Shown piece after piece: positions 12,354 to 26,666 of a DNA stretch of 64,000 bases. The notes beneath the pieces were generated by a model that worked only from the letters and a program-made list of their open reading frames with translations, was not told where the DNA came from and did not search any database. This DNA is from Thalia democratica. Its lineage: Eukaryota. Both the position numbers and the translations under genes were made by a program. Numbering within the stretch: position 1 is the first letter of the stretch; each line of letters starts with the position of its first letter. Location of the stretch: assembly GCA_965202585.1 (NCBI GenBank), contig OZ241834.1, positions 10,912,001 to 10,976,000 of the forward strand, in the 5' to 3' direction.

Positions 12354-14016
12354 ACAGTCTTTTACAAATTTTATTGTAGAAAAAAAACGTTATGTAACTA
12401 CTAAATAAAAATTTATTTTTGAAATGAAGTATGTTTTAGTTTTGAAGCCTTTTTACTGTGACATTTGAAAAAGCTTATCGATACATCGAAATAGCAAAAA
12501 CTTTCTTTTTCTTTTATTGAAGTTCGTATAAGTTTTACTCTGAAAATAATGTTTCAAACATCTTAAATTGTATAATTTGAAATCCGAAGATTTTTACATA
12601 AATATCTATGAAGTTTTTAAAATATTTGCTTTGCTGATTCTTTCTGACTGTAAGCACGTTCGAATCGACTGTGTCTCAATATGAGAATATAGTTTTGCTT
12701 GAATGGTTAGTTTTGCATTTCTGAAGACTGCATAATCGATAGATAATACAAAAAAGAGCAAAGTTACAAATCTGCAGAACTTTTGACAGATGGGGTAACA
12801 CTTTACAGAATTATAAAACAATACTACAGATAAAACAAAAATACTCAGTATTACTAGGATGATTTAATAACTTTTTATGGTATCATTTTATTTACATATA
12901 AGTTATATTACATTCAAAAAAATACAAACGTGTATTACAAAAGTTTTAGTTCATTTCATAAAAGATGTACAATAGCTTTTCAGTTTTTTTATACTTTTTA
13001 TAAAAACATAAAGAAATAAATGTAATGCTCAGTGTACGTCTTTTTTGAGTGTGAGTTTCTAAATTCATTACAAGTTATGTAGATTTATAAAACGCACCGA
13101 AACATTCTAAATTTAATTTTTGTTTATAAAAATAACTTTATTTTATAAAGAAGTTTTTATTATTTAATGATTTACTTTTATTTAAATAAATAAAATTTAA
13201 ACTACTTTCTATACCGCACTCACCAGGCTGATTTATCTTCTAAAACTTAGAGAAACTTTTTTGATTTATTGTCTGTAAAAGTTGTTGAACTTGAAAATAT
13301 TCAAAGTTGTAGGTACGTTTATAAAGTTAACATTTGACAATTTAAAAGAAAAGAGCGATTTGTTAAATACTTAAAATTTCATATGGTCGCTAGCAAGCGA
13401 TAATCAAAGATGTGTCGCATTTATTCTAAACAAATTTTAAATTTTGTTAACATAACTGTTATAAATTGTAGTATTGAAACTTGAAAATATTTTAAACAAA
13501 AAACTTAACGAACAAGATAGAATTGGTCTAAAACTCATTGTTTTTTCAACATTAAAGCTGTTTTGTTTTATAAAAACATTAGTCTAAGTTCAACAGTTAT
13601 ATTGAAGACTATTAAAAAATAAAATTATCTCAAAACTCTAGTTTTTCTTACATTATGTTTGTGAAAATTAAGTTGAGAAAAATACTACTTTACTGCAATA
13701 AATGCCTTTTTATACTTGTTAAAATGTTTAATTTTTACAGAGTGTATATTTTTAAAACATATCTTAAAAAGTCATTCGAAAAACGAATACAACAACTTTT
13801 TATGAAAACATTGGTTATATATGTCAAAATAGTACTAATTATAAAAAAAATTTACTCGTAGTTTCAACATACAATGAACATTGATAAAAAGTGTACTAGT
13901 TATTTTTGGTTTATATTCATATTACTTTATAACTTATAACATAGCAGAGCAAGTATAAAATACAACATAAATCTCTAATGAATTGAATATAAAGTAAACA
14001 AAAGGATTGGCCATAC

Positions 14017-14133
14017 CAATTTGATCATCAGACCACAAGCTTTAGGTAGACTGAGACTGGCTTCGTCCGGATTAGGATTTCAACCCTTTTGTAAAATTTG
14101 AACTTGTCTCATGGCTTACAAAAATCCATGTTT
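14017..14133 (-). other. Candidate 5'-UTR exon of the opsin gene
   Basis: GC-richer island bounded by ttttgcag| and TTG|gtatgg. Splicing to the acceptor at 10948 (cttcag|ACAGTGAGATCATG) gives an in-frame TAA upstream of the opsin ATG. No transcript evidence. Confidence 0.3.
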
Positions 14134-17100
14134 CTGCAAAATTTCGCCGATTTTTTTGTATATAAGGTATTACTTTATTTTTATTATTTACTATCAATAG
14201 CTTAGAAAACCGTCAACAAGTTTTGACTTTTATTTTATTTTTTCAAAGCTATTTTAGGGAACAAAAAACCTTTCGTGTTCTTTTATAAGGTGTATTATTA
14301 ATTTTACAGACTTCGAAAACGCATTAGTTGATTAGAGTGTAGCATTACATGTTGTTTTGATTTCCCGATAGACCTTGCTTTTCTGAATATTTTAAGCTTA
14401 ACGTCCTTTTATATTTTCAATGATTGAATTTTATTTAAAAAAGTGTTTTAAGTAAAATACTTTTGTTAACACTCTTTTATTTTTCTTCAAGTTAAATCAA
14501 AGTTTGAATATGATACTGGAATTTTGAAGGAGTACTATCTAAAAACTTTCCAGCTTGTTTTATTCACGTTCACCTAATTAGTTGTATTTCATTTTTAAGT
14601 GTTTGTTATTTTAAAATTTACTTTAAAATACTAGCTTTAAACCCAATGTTACGATAACTGTTTATATTAACTGTCTTTCTAATAATAAAGTTAAGGTAAC
14701 ATGCTAGTACCAAACATTTCTTAATCATATGTATAAATGATGTTCGTCTTAACTTATTTTTACTTAAGTATACATAAGTAAATTTTTTATTTAGCAATGT
14801 TCATTAATCATTACAAAAGTGTACATGTTCTAACAATAAATATATAATCGTTTTTATTAATAAAAACGATGAAAAGTTTAATCCCAATTAGACATAGAAA
14901 CTACTTTATATTCTGTTTTTGTTTATTGACTTTTAATGTGTTGTACACAAAACGATGAAATTGTTTAATGCTGTCAGAAAACTTTTAAAAAATCAAAATA
15001 AACCGTAAAGGAAGTTTCAAAATAAAACTTTTGGATACTATTTTGTAATTGTTAGAAATTTGCTTCTAAGTGTGTTTAGCTCTATACGACTAAAGATATA
15101 ACTAAATAATTAAATTTAGATTTTTTAAATCAGTACTTATAAAGTATTGTACCTTTAAAGTTTTCATAGTATATATTCATGTTTTAAATAAGTAAAACAA
15201 AGAATTTGTTTACTTCTGTTCAGCAAACTGTTAAAAAATGTAGAATAATTAGTAGTCTTTATTTATATAACTGTTTCTTAAAACACGAGGAAATTACTAA
15301 TTCATTATGTTAATATATAAACTGTATTTGAGCTTAAAGTTTAAATATGTAGTGTAGATTGTTTAAGCAGTTTTTTTCCATAATAACCATATGTACTTTT
15401 ACTTTAATTTAAAAACTTTTTTATTTAAGTTAAAACAAATTATATATATATATATATATATGCTACTCTTTTCATTTCAACAGAGCTAAAAAACCAAAAA
15501 ATTAATTGTAAATAAATTTCACACTGTAAACTTACTTTATATACTCTGACTCTCGATGATACTAATGATATTTTCTTTTTTATGTGACTATATTATAAAA
15601 ACCATTGTCGTAGTTAGTTTTTTTCACAGTACTGTGTACAATAAAAAGCATGGTACAAAGTGTATTAAAAGCGTTGTAATGTAAAATTTACTTCCGATTG
15701 CACGAACGTCCTTATAACTATAAAGTTTAAACCAATATATTAGATTGTTTAGATTTTTTCTCAAACTTCAGTTGTAGAATGCAATTTTTTTAAACATACA
15801 TTTTGGACTAACTCTTAAACCGTAGAATTTACTTTCTACTTTTTTTTAAAGCTGTATGTTTGTAGCTTAAGTATTTTTTACATGGGTTTACTTTAATTAA
15901 TAATTGTGAAAGTTTAAACTTCGACTGAACTTCAACTTTTTTATACTGTTTGTCAAAAAGAAAAACTATGTTATTCTATTTATATACTTTTTCAGGAACT
16001 AAAAAGAGCAAAAAAAACTAGTACTAAAGTTAAGTAAGAACAATTTTTCTGAATAAGTTATAAAGCTTGTTAAAATTAAGATTAAAGTCATAAATTGAAA
16101 ATTTAAGACATGGTCCTAAATTAAGTCTTAGATTTGTATTATGAATGTAATAGATCTAAATGAAATAGATTTTAATTGAAAAAATAATTTGTTTAAAATT
16201 TGGTAAACTTTTTAATATAGCACCTTTAGTATTGTAACAATTGATTTTAAGAAATTCATCAGCTACTCATGAACGTTTGATTTCGTAAACGTTTCTTTTC
16301 AATGTGTAGTAATATCTAATAATAAAAAACAACTACAATTGAATATATACAATAAATGTTCTGTTTTTTAGCTAATTATAAAGACAAAATACTTTAATTT
16401 TAGTTCTAGTTTTTTTTTAAGTTAACGTTTTCTAACACGGCAGTGTTTAAAATTATACCAGTTTTCAAATTTCAGAATACAATAGAAAAGTTGCAACAAA
16501 AAAATTTACTTTGATAAAAAACATTTTAAACCTTTGGGGTAAAAAAATCTGTTTTTTTTCAAAACTAGATTGCAATAAAAACTTTATAAAAAATCTAACT
16601 AAATAAATTAAAGTGTTATTTTCAAATTTACATTTTTAAAGAAATATTTAAGAACAATTTGTGTCCAAGTTAAAAATATATACTTTGAAACATAAAAGCC
16701 TTACAATTTTATACTTTGAATTTATTTGTGAAACAATATATATTAAGAAACAGATTGCAATAAAAACAACTATAAGTATTCCATAGTTCAAACACTTTTT
16801 TGAAAAAAGTAAGAAAACGGAAAAAAAAAAAAACTCAGTTAATAGTTTAAATTAAAAGAACAATATATTACAACTAAATATCTGTAATATAAAGTTGCCT
16901 TGTTAGATATCTTTTGGTCAGAATAAATATTTTTCAACATAATGATAATAATAAAAGTTGAAAATACAAGCTTTCCTTTTTTAAAGTATTTTTTTTAGGT
17001 TTTTAAGTAAACGAAAACTTCTAAGTTTATAAGTCACTAAACAAGTTTTAAAATTGTTTACAAAATGCAAAAGTTGGCTAGTTAGATGATGCACTTATGC

Positions 17101-17883
17101 TAAAATTATTTCTAATTCTTGTTTGTTAAGTAGTAGGTTTAGTTTTTTTTTTCTTATTCAAGATTATTTTACTAAAAAATGGTTAAGTTAATTCAAACTA
17201 TTTATCAAAGTATGTCTCCTAAAAGAGTTTTTTTAGTTTTAATCGACAACAAACAAAATGCTTACCATGAGATGTAGAAAAATTAATCTATAAAAATAAA
17301 ATTGCTTATTCTAAAATGCAATATAAATAGTTAAAAAACAAAAAAAAACAATCCAATTATGTACTATTTTTAATTAAAATGTTTTCTTTTCTTTGTAGTT
17401 TAATTAGATTATTTTATAAAAATATAGTTTTTTTAAGCTAAAGTAAACTAAGTACCACCCCAAAATTTTAAAGAGAGTTTATGTTTCTGTAAAGCTTTCA
17501 AGTTAATTTTAAAAAAATTGTATAAAACAAACAAAATAACTTTTTTATTTAGAAAAAAAAGTACAGGTTTTAAAGGCATTAGTCATGGAAATAGTAAAGT
17601 TATACATGTTTTTTAATAGTGCAAGATTACCATCAATAATAAATAGACTATGATTTAAAAACTTAAATCATAAAAACTTAAATTTTGTAGAAATTAAAAA
17701 CTAGTTAGCAAATTAAAAACTAATTAGAAAATTTACAAAATTAAATATTATAGCAATAAAACTTTTTTTCGGTTTTTTATATAATTTAATTTTTATATAG
17801 TTTTTTTTTTTGATACACTTAACAATACTTTTAATCATTTAGTTTTTTATTAAAAAAGCATGATCGGTAAGAAAACAAACTTT

Positions 17884-20800
17884 TTACATAATTTTTCTAA
17901 AATGCAACCATATTGTAAAGTCTTCTTTAAAAATGTGCCATGTTTTCGGTTTGTGTGGGTTATCAAGTTCCGCTCTAGTTAACACTAGCTGCCCGTCTTT
18001 CACGAAACGCGTGTTGAACCAAAAGTAAAACGGACACTGATCATATCCTTTGGGCAAATTTTTCTGAAAGAAAGACAAATGATAGGTTTTGTATGACATA
18101 AAACAATAAACAGCAAACAGTTTTTCAAAGTGTTATCAGAAATTTGTTTTGATTGATCTACTTGTATTTGTTGAAGTAATAACTAGTGTAAGTTTGAATA
18201 AAACTTTGTATCGATTTATAATACTCTATTATTTAATATGAACTAAAAATAAAGTCCAAACGTTAGAACTTGAAATATTTTTAAATTATCATATACATCT
18301 TAACTTTTATAAAACTCAAAACCTTTTGATTGAACTTAAAATTTCGTAACAAAAGCTGTTGCTTAAAACTTAAAGTAATTAAAGTTAAATTTATTATAAC
18401 TATATTTTTTGTTATGTAAAGCTTAACTATTAAATCAACTAACGTTTGTAGAAGTAAATCTAATTTTCACGTCATCTTTTAAAATAGGACTCTTGTCGAG
18501 TTCTACTGAAATTTTATTCAATCCTCTATCATACTTGAGCTGTAAGCAAAAATGTGAAATATTAAAAACTAGTCTTTTACCAACAGTTTCATGTAAGTTG
18601 TATATTAAGAGCATGCTATTATGTATACTTCTTTACTAATCCTACTTGACTTTCTTGACTTAAAACTATTTAAAAGAATAATAAACACGGCTGATATTAA
18701 TTGATACTTAAAGGGTTTGATTACTTTAAGTAAACAGTTGATTAAACAATTTTACCTCGCAAGTTGATGTGTTGTTAAATGTGTACGACGCAGCTACTGT
18801 TTTGTTCATTATAATTTCCATGGTCAAGTCGCTGCCATTGCCATCTCCAACACCTTTTAAAAAGTTTTATAGTTTCATAGCACAACTAAACAACTTGATT
18901 TAATTCAAAACTACCGTTTCACAGTGGTGACACTACCAAGTGAAGTAAATTTGAAACAATATTACTTTATAAGCACGAAATAGTGAGTTATTTCAACAAT
19001 CGCTAGGTTTTTAAGGATAATATTATGTAAACTTTATGAAAAAAATTGATAAGAATTTTATAAACAATTAAATAAGTTTTCTTTTTTAGGTTAAAAGTTT
19101 TTATAGTTTAAAAGATACAGGAAAATGCGTGTAAAATTACTTAACTTTCTTTTAATTAGTAAAGACTGTTTACTATTTTTAAAACTAAGCTAAAAAAAAT
19201 TGACAAGACAACCATGTTTTGCGTTGAAAAAAAGAACATTAAACTTGTTTAAGATTGAACTTTTTTAATAAAAAATTGCAAAACCTTAACACTGTATATA
19301 AAAGTTAAATTTTTTTTAAACATTCGAGTTCCTTGTAAAACCAAAAACAGTTTGTATTAATTTATCGTTGCTTAAAGTTTTATTTCGAATCAAATGAAGT
19401 ATATGTTAGTATTTATTGGAGTTTTGAATAAACAATACAAAACGTTTTCAAGTATCAATTACAATACTTTTCGGATGATTTGTTCAGCTGAATAAATTGT
19501 AATTGTTTCGCTGTTCTAAAGCTTATCATAACGATTAAAGTGACAAGCTAGTAGAAGGGAAAGCATTACTAATGTAACAAATTAAGATGATTCAAGTTGT
19601 CTGTTTCGTTTATTTTCATAGTTTGAGTCAATTTAGTCGGTATTTTAATCCTGATTAATTGTTTTATTTACTAATAAAGCTACAATAACATTTTTTTTAA
19701 ACAAAGTAAGTATACATAGGTTAATCATAAACAAGTACATTTAGCGAATTTTTTTTATAAAATTAACTTTCTGAAAAAAAATGTAACAAATAATCTCTTT
19801 TGCTAATTTTGACAACTTTAATTGTTTTTTTTTGGAAACTAAAATAATAAAAGTAATATGTGGTACATAAATCGAAAAAAAAAACCTGCGATAGAAGTAA
19901 TTTCAATTTCTTTGATTTGCAACTCCATCGGGGGTGGCAGACTTCCATAGTAAACCTTTTTTATTTGTTCATAGTAACCCACGTACCTAATCTGAGACGC
20001 TGTTTCCACCCCCTGGAAGGTTTCACCCACTTCTAAGTCAGTCCTCCGCTTTCCAAAATATTCTAAGCATTCCTTTTAAAAATATTCAGATATAAAATCC
20101 AGTTTTTAGAAAAAACATAAATTGTTGTGATCAAAATTAATTAATTTTTAATGTTTTATTTATGTGTATTATAATTTTAAATGTATACTGGTTTATAACA
20201 TTAAGCCATTTTGTATTAGAATATATTTTGAGTAATATTTAAAGCATATAAATTTCTGCACGACGAATATCTGTAGGTTATAAATTGCAAATAGTCACAA
20301 AAAAAACAGAGTTTATTCATCTTATCTCACTAGTTTTTAGTTGGCTTTTTGTAACTACTTTTTGAGTTTTATTTAAAAATTTTGTAAAAAATCATGAGTG
20401 ATTTACTTGATATCAACCTGGTTTTTATCTATAAAATTTCAGCATTCAATAAAATATCATGTATGTATTGTCTATAGGATATCATTAACTAGATCAAAAC
20501 TCAAACAATACACCAATAAACCATGACTTTACATGTCAAAAATTTTATGGTGATAGTTTAAACTTACTTTATTTATTTTAAAGCAAATTAAACAAAAACT
20601 TGATTTTCAAAACCATTAAATAAATGTTAAGAATTTTAGTTATCTGTATACAACAATATGCAAAGTTATAGTTTAAAGTAAAAGTCGTATAAAAACGTCA
20701 AACATTTAAAATTACTAAAATTAAAACTTAAAAAATATTTTAATACTAGTTTTCATAGAACTGTTTAAAAGTAAAATTTATCATAAGATATGAAAATTAA

Positions 20801-23800
20801 ACTAAAACATTTTAGTAAAAAGTTTTACTAAAAACCATTTAAATTTCGATAAAAACCTACGATAACCTTTACTAAAAGCTATACAAAATTACTGCCGTTA
20901 AGATAAAAAAACTTGTACCGCATTGCTTTTACAAGATAAGTTTTGTGTTACACTACTAAATACAAACCTAATTGTATTTTTTATGTAAAAAGTATTAAAC
21001 CAATTATAAAAAACAACAGCTAAGATTTTTCTATTTTAATTTTTTAATCAATTGTATAAGTTAAAGTTCTGTAACAACTATTTGCTGTATATACTGCTAA
21101 TAGTATGTTTATCTTAACGCTTTTTTTTTTTCGATGTAAATTAAAATTCACTTAATACTTTATTTTTTACAATACTAAAAAAAAAGTCAAGTACCATGCT
21201 TAAAACTAGTTTAATTTACAAGGAATTGACCTTACAAATGATTTTATTAGTCTTACAGTTTAAAGATGTAGGTTAAGATAAAACACTTTCTTTAACTTAA
21301 TATATATTTCAAGTTTTAAAACAAAAGAAAAACTTTTTTTTTTAATATTAAATTGTGTTAAACAATTTAGATAACTCGCTATAGGTTTTAGAAATTTTTT
21401 AACATGCAGTTTTAATTTAGTTTCAAAAATTTAACGTAAGCTAAGCAAAACTTGTTTTAAAAGACACTATCAAAAAACAAAAAAAATTGTCAAAACATAG
21501 CACAAAAACTCAATTTTTTATTAAATGCTAGTCAACTAACTTTTGCCTCACTAAACTGCCCACACTCAATCAACCAGGTACATATCATGGTACCAGTTCT
21601 GCCCTTGCCCCCTTTGCAGTGTATCGCAACCACGTTTGAATCATCCGCATTCATCCACGTATTCACATCGTTCACAAACTTGAACATATCACTAAAATAT
21701 GTGAGCAAAGTAATAAAATATTGTGTTAGATTTCTTATTCATTATATTTATTTAAATTTAGTTGGTTGAAAGCTGGTTACTTTTACAAAACTATGAAAGT
21801 TAGTCATATACTTGATAACTGCTAGTACTTATTTTTAGTTTTCGGGCTGCGGCAGATTACTTAATAGCAAAAACTTTGTTTTCATAACTTGCTTTGATAA
21901 ATCAAAAAACAATTGCTTAAACATTGATATATTGAGTAAACTTTTCATAATAACCATCAAAAGTTTGATCAAATACTTACTTGAGCGTGGGTACGTTATG
22001 GTCATCAATATAAACTCGATAAACTTTGTTGTCAAATTTAGTCTCATCATAACCACGTTCGCCTTTAATTTAAAAAACAATCAGTTTAGGAGGTTCTTAA
22101 ATCATTTCAGAAAATAAATAAAATCTTTAAAAAAAAGTTTTACTATAACACAGTTTTACTTTTACGAAATTACTTTTAAAGTGTTTAGAAATAAATAAAA
22201 TTTTAAAACTTTTTTTGATTAAAAGGATTGATATAAACGTTTAAGCAACAACAAAAATTTATATTGAAAAAAGGTATGTTTAAAAATACTTGAAGATAAA
22301 CAAAAACACTTTTAAGTAACTTAAATATTCATTTTTTTGAATTATTACAAAATTTCGTCAATGGTTTAATCGTTTAAAAAAATGTTACATCATATGTTAC
22401 TAAATTTAAGTTCACAATATTTAGATTTTTATTAAATATAAAAGTAAGAAGATAAAAGTTTTCAAATAACATAACCAAAAGATAGAGATATGATAAGGTT
22501 AATTTTTAAACATCATTTACCATTTGTGTCTATTGTTGTTAACCTTTAAGTTTGGTTTTACATATTTCAACAGTCTAGTGAAATATTTAAGCAGATAATT
22601 CAAATTTATAGTTTATAATTAAAACATTTATTTGTCGTTTTATATGATTGAACTTCGCTAATTGTATAAAAATGTGTTTATCTATCAAAAACAAACCTTA
22701 AATTATTGTTTTTTGCTATATTTAAAAACACTTTTAACAAAAAACGTAGAAAGTGTACATTTCTATAAATCATCCATTGAGAAAACATAAACATTTTTTT
22801 ACTTGTTTTAAAGTATTTATAGTTTGAGTTAATGAATTTTAAACAGCTTGACTCACTACAAAGATTGTAAATTCTAAAGTGGCTCGGGTGCTTCGTTTTG
22901 AAGAATCTTGCCACCTCGTTTATCGGGTTCCTGTACAGTTGTTGAGTTCCTGTGCTTGGAAAAGACATGGCTATGACTCGGTCGGTGATGTACGTCAGAT
23001 CCAAATCGAAACCGTCTTTCTAAAACAAACAGCATCTTTTTTAAAATTACCATTAATAATTAGTAATTTCAATTGATAGTTACTAATATGTTTTAAAGTA
23101 AAGTTTAGACACATATATTTAAAATAAAAAGTGTTAAATTTACATTTTGTTAATAATTATTTAAAAGTAGTTCGTCATTAGCCAAGAAAAAAGTTAAATA
23201 GTTGTTTGTATTGTTATTTGTATAAGTCTAACGAGTTTATATTGGTGTTATCTGTATTGCTATTTTAACTTCATAGTTTTTTATTAATTTTGTAACTCTA
23301 ATTACATTTCTTTATAAACACAAACGAACAAATCATAAAACTTGAAAAACAGATTCACTTATATTGTATTAAGTATAAGACTATTAAAAAAATAGTACTT
23401 CAAAAAATATTAAACAAACATTGTATCTCCTTTTGTTTTGCGAAATTATTTTTCTTCCCTGCTTCTTGAACTGTTCTTTTTTGGAGAAAATTCTCAAAAT
23501 TCTTGCAGCGCGCAATGCTCGCACGACTACCACGATACTGCCGTACTGTTGCAGACTCTGGTTGTCGATTGTGACGTAGGCGATCGTAATAATGAACGTC
23601 GCGATGACCACGCTGAAGTCTATGATTTCCCACTTTAAGCTGAAGTACTTTTTGTACCTGAAATGTACTAGTCTTAAACTGTTTTGTAAATTACAATAAA
23701 GTAAAAAATAACATCTCTCTAGCTTATTAAATTAAATACTTTTTTAAACTATCGAAAAAAAATTCATTTTACTGTTTTAAATTGCTATAAATTATACATT

Positions 23801-26666
23801 TGAGTTTGGTTATACATTTGAGAGTATTAAGTTTTATCAAAAGTTTGTACATTAAACTTCTTACAATTTAAAGATTTCTTCAAGCAAAGTAGTATTTTAG
23901 ATATATCAAAAAAGTTTAAAACTCGTTAATCTATAACTCTTTAATTGAAAGCAAAACCACTAAAAAAAAATTAAACTTTGATGTTTACTTTAAAAAAGGA
24001 AGTAGAGTTATCAATATTTACCTAAAAAATGTAAATCTTTAATTTTTTAGTAAAAATTCTTCTTATTTTACATTGATGTTTATTAGCTTTGTTGTTAGTT
24101 TTATGGTGTACTAAAATGTGTTTTATCTAAAAAATACTTATTTTAACTAATTTAATATTAGTTCAATTTATTTTTATTTATATGGTAGAGTTAAACATAA
24201 TATAGATACTTGTTTACACGTCTCTCAAACCTTGTTTAAATGCATAAAATAATGTTTTTTGTATAGATCGGTTATTATTTATAAAAGTCCTTCTTTACAA
24301 TCGTGTCTTATCTTATTACTCAAAACCATATCTTTTATTTTTTCAAAGGCTTTTATTTTCTCGCAAAAGGTTCTAAGAAAATGCTCGTTCGTTATTAAAG
24401 TTAAAAAATTTATATTTGAATTATAAACACATATTTCAATATTTACTTTAAAGTTCAAAGCAATCAAATACCCGTAAGCGAAAATTCTCAGGCCGACGTC
24501 GCACAGGAAAATGCAGCAAAAAGTCAAGGAAAGAGCATCGAAAGCAGCAACTTTTTTCGGGTCTCCGTTAGAAGTGGAGAGGTCGATTATCATCAGAAGT
24601 ATGTCAATGACGATCAATATGACTATTCCGAGCATCCATCGAAAACTGTCCACTTGGTTTTTCACCAGAAACTGGTAATGTCTGTGATATAACAAGTTAG
24701 GCGTTTTAATTAAGATTTTAGTATTTTATAAGCTTTTAAAAAAAAATCATTCAAACTAGATGCTTAAATTTTTGTTAACAAAAAATTAACATATTAATCA
24801 TCTATACGTGGTACATTATGCAAAAAATTAAAAAATTAAGAACTATGTAAGTACATTTACGGTATTTTATTTCAATACTAGTAAAATTTCAATTAGAAAA
24901 ACGTAATAAATATAAGTATATACATGTTATTCATTTTTTAATAAAACAGTGCTGTTTATAGCTTTATAATGTACTAGACTTAATTTATCATTTTTTGTTT
25001 GTTTTTAGTTTTTTTCTCATTATACGAAGATTTATTATTTTTTTGTAAAAAACCAAAGTTTTATTTTAGAGATTTTAATAGTTTAAGTCCTACACAACTT
25101 GAAAAACTAACTCGTATTTAGTTTCAGCATTATATCTTTCTCTTCCATTGTCTATTGGGTCTAAGTTCCATTGGGATGAAATTTTATTTGAAAAATTTAC
25201 GTTCTTCTGTTCAATATCTAAAAACAGTAAAGTCTTTATTAAGTTTAGCATCTTTTATATAGTAGTTGAAAAAGCAGACTAATGTTACTTCTTTTTTTTA
25301 TTACTATGCAAGTACAATAGATTTTTTCTTAGCAACAGGGCAGAAAACATTTACGCACAAAGATGTCAATAGTTCTTATATTATTTCCGATAAAGGAAAA
25401 AAAAAACCTGAAGTTTAAAGTAAAGTAGTTAGTTTAAACAATCTATAGAAAAAAAAAAAAACAAAACCTAAATGGGTAAACTCAATGTGTTTAGTTAATT
25501 ACAGTTTGGTGATAAATAAAATTAGTTAAATTAAATTGTGTATAAGTGTACGTTTATATTTATGTAATCAAACTTGTAGTTTAAGCTATTTAGTAAACGT
25601 TCTTATATTGTTTAGATAAAATATTCTTTTGTTTGTTTTTTAAACTTGATTATTTGAGTAAAATTTTTTGATCTTGTTAAAAGAAAGTACTTAATATATG
25701 TATTGCTAATATAAATATTATACTAAACTTAAACTAATTAATCATTAAAATTAAAGAGTAAAAGCTAATAAATAACATTTAGTTATCATGATATCTTCTA
25801 CAAAAGTACGCAATTAATATTTAAATGACGCTTAAATCAAAATAAACTAAAAAAATATTATCTTTTAGAAATAGAATAAATTTAAAGAAATACTATTTAA
25901 AGTTAGACAAAAATAATTAAAAGATATAAAGTAGGTAATACACAGGCAGTATTAAATTTGATATAACTATTAATGCAACAATTAAAAATTTTTACAAGAT
26001 TTTTAAACTTATTCTAAATGATTGTTTTACTTTTTACTCAAAATATAGATGTTCTTTTTAAAATATTTTCAAAGTATAAAATGCTAAAATTTAAACCAAG
26101 GTGTTCAGATATTTAAAAATAAATACTGTAAACAGAAAAAAAATTCTAATAACTGTACTTTACGACTTCTTAAACTAAATTTAAAAATTAAAGTCTTAAA
26201 TAAATAATAGTTATAAAGTGTAATATTATTAAGCCCTTAAGTAGTTTAAATTATAAGTTAATGTCTACATGTGCGTATACTTAAATGCTGTTAAAAGAAA
26301 TTAGATGAGCATAATTCTACAGATGAGTGTACTACACGATAATAATTTTAATAGTATTTTTGTCAGAAAGTAACCCTATAAACTGATTTTAAATTTTAAA
26401 TTTTGCAATTTATTTGTGTTATTTTCATACAAAAATAATAATCAATACAATAAAACTTCATAACATGAATAAAAAATGTGCTTGAACTGATTGATTTAAA
26501 GTTTCAAGTAGAAAACAGATCTTTTATTTTAATTAAAGTCAAATTAATGAAACTATAGGTTAAAAATAAAAAATAAATCTTTAAACAAACCATCATTAAC
26601 CGATCCGTTACTATTATTTCGATTTTCAAAACTAACATTCAGTATGGCGGATCCATCAGTTGTCAT
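17884..26666 (-). CDS. VSP: Voltage-sensing phosphoinositide phosphatase (VSP / TPTE-TPTE2 family), complete, 528 aa
   Basis: 11 exons: 26591-26666, 25112-25217, 24472-24681, 23420-23657, 22857-23019, 21981-22062, 21541-21691, 19886-20072, 18756-18853, 18444-18539, 17884-18063; total 1587 nt, all GT-AG and phase-consistent. Motifs: S1 [12 protein letters not shown]2 [11 protein letters not shown]4 [12 protein letters not shown], linker [44 protein letters not shown], catalytic [22 protein letters not shown], and C2 domain ending [23 protein letters not shown]. Confidence 0.97.

Noticed and set aside
15441-15461. (TA)n microsatellites (also ~50278, 51318, 53598)
   Set aside because: Short and ordinary for this base composition.
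22879-23638. ORFs 22879-23076(+), 23400-23633(-), 23438-23638(+)
   Set aside because: Shadows of VSP exons 4 and 5.
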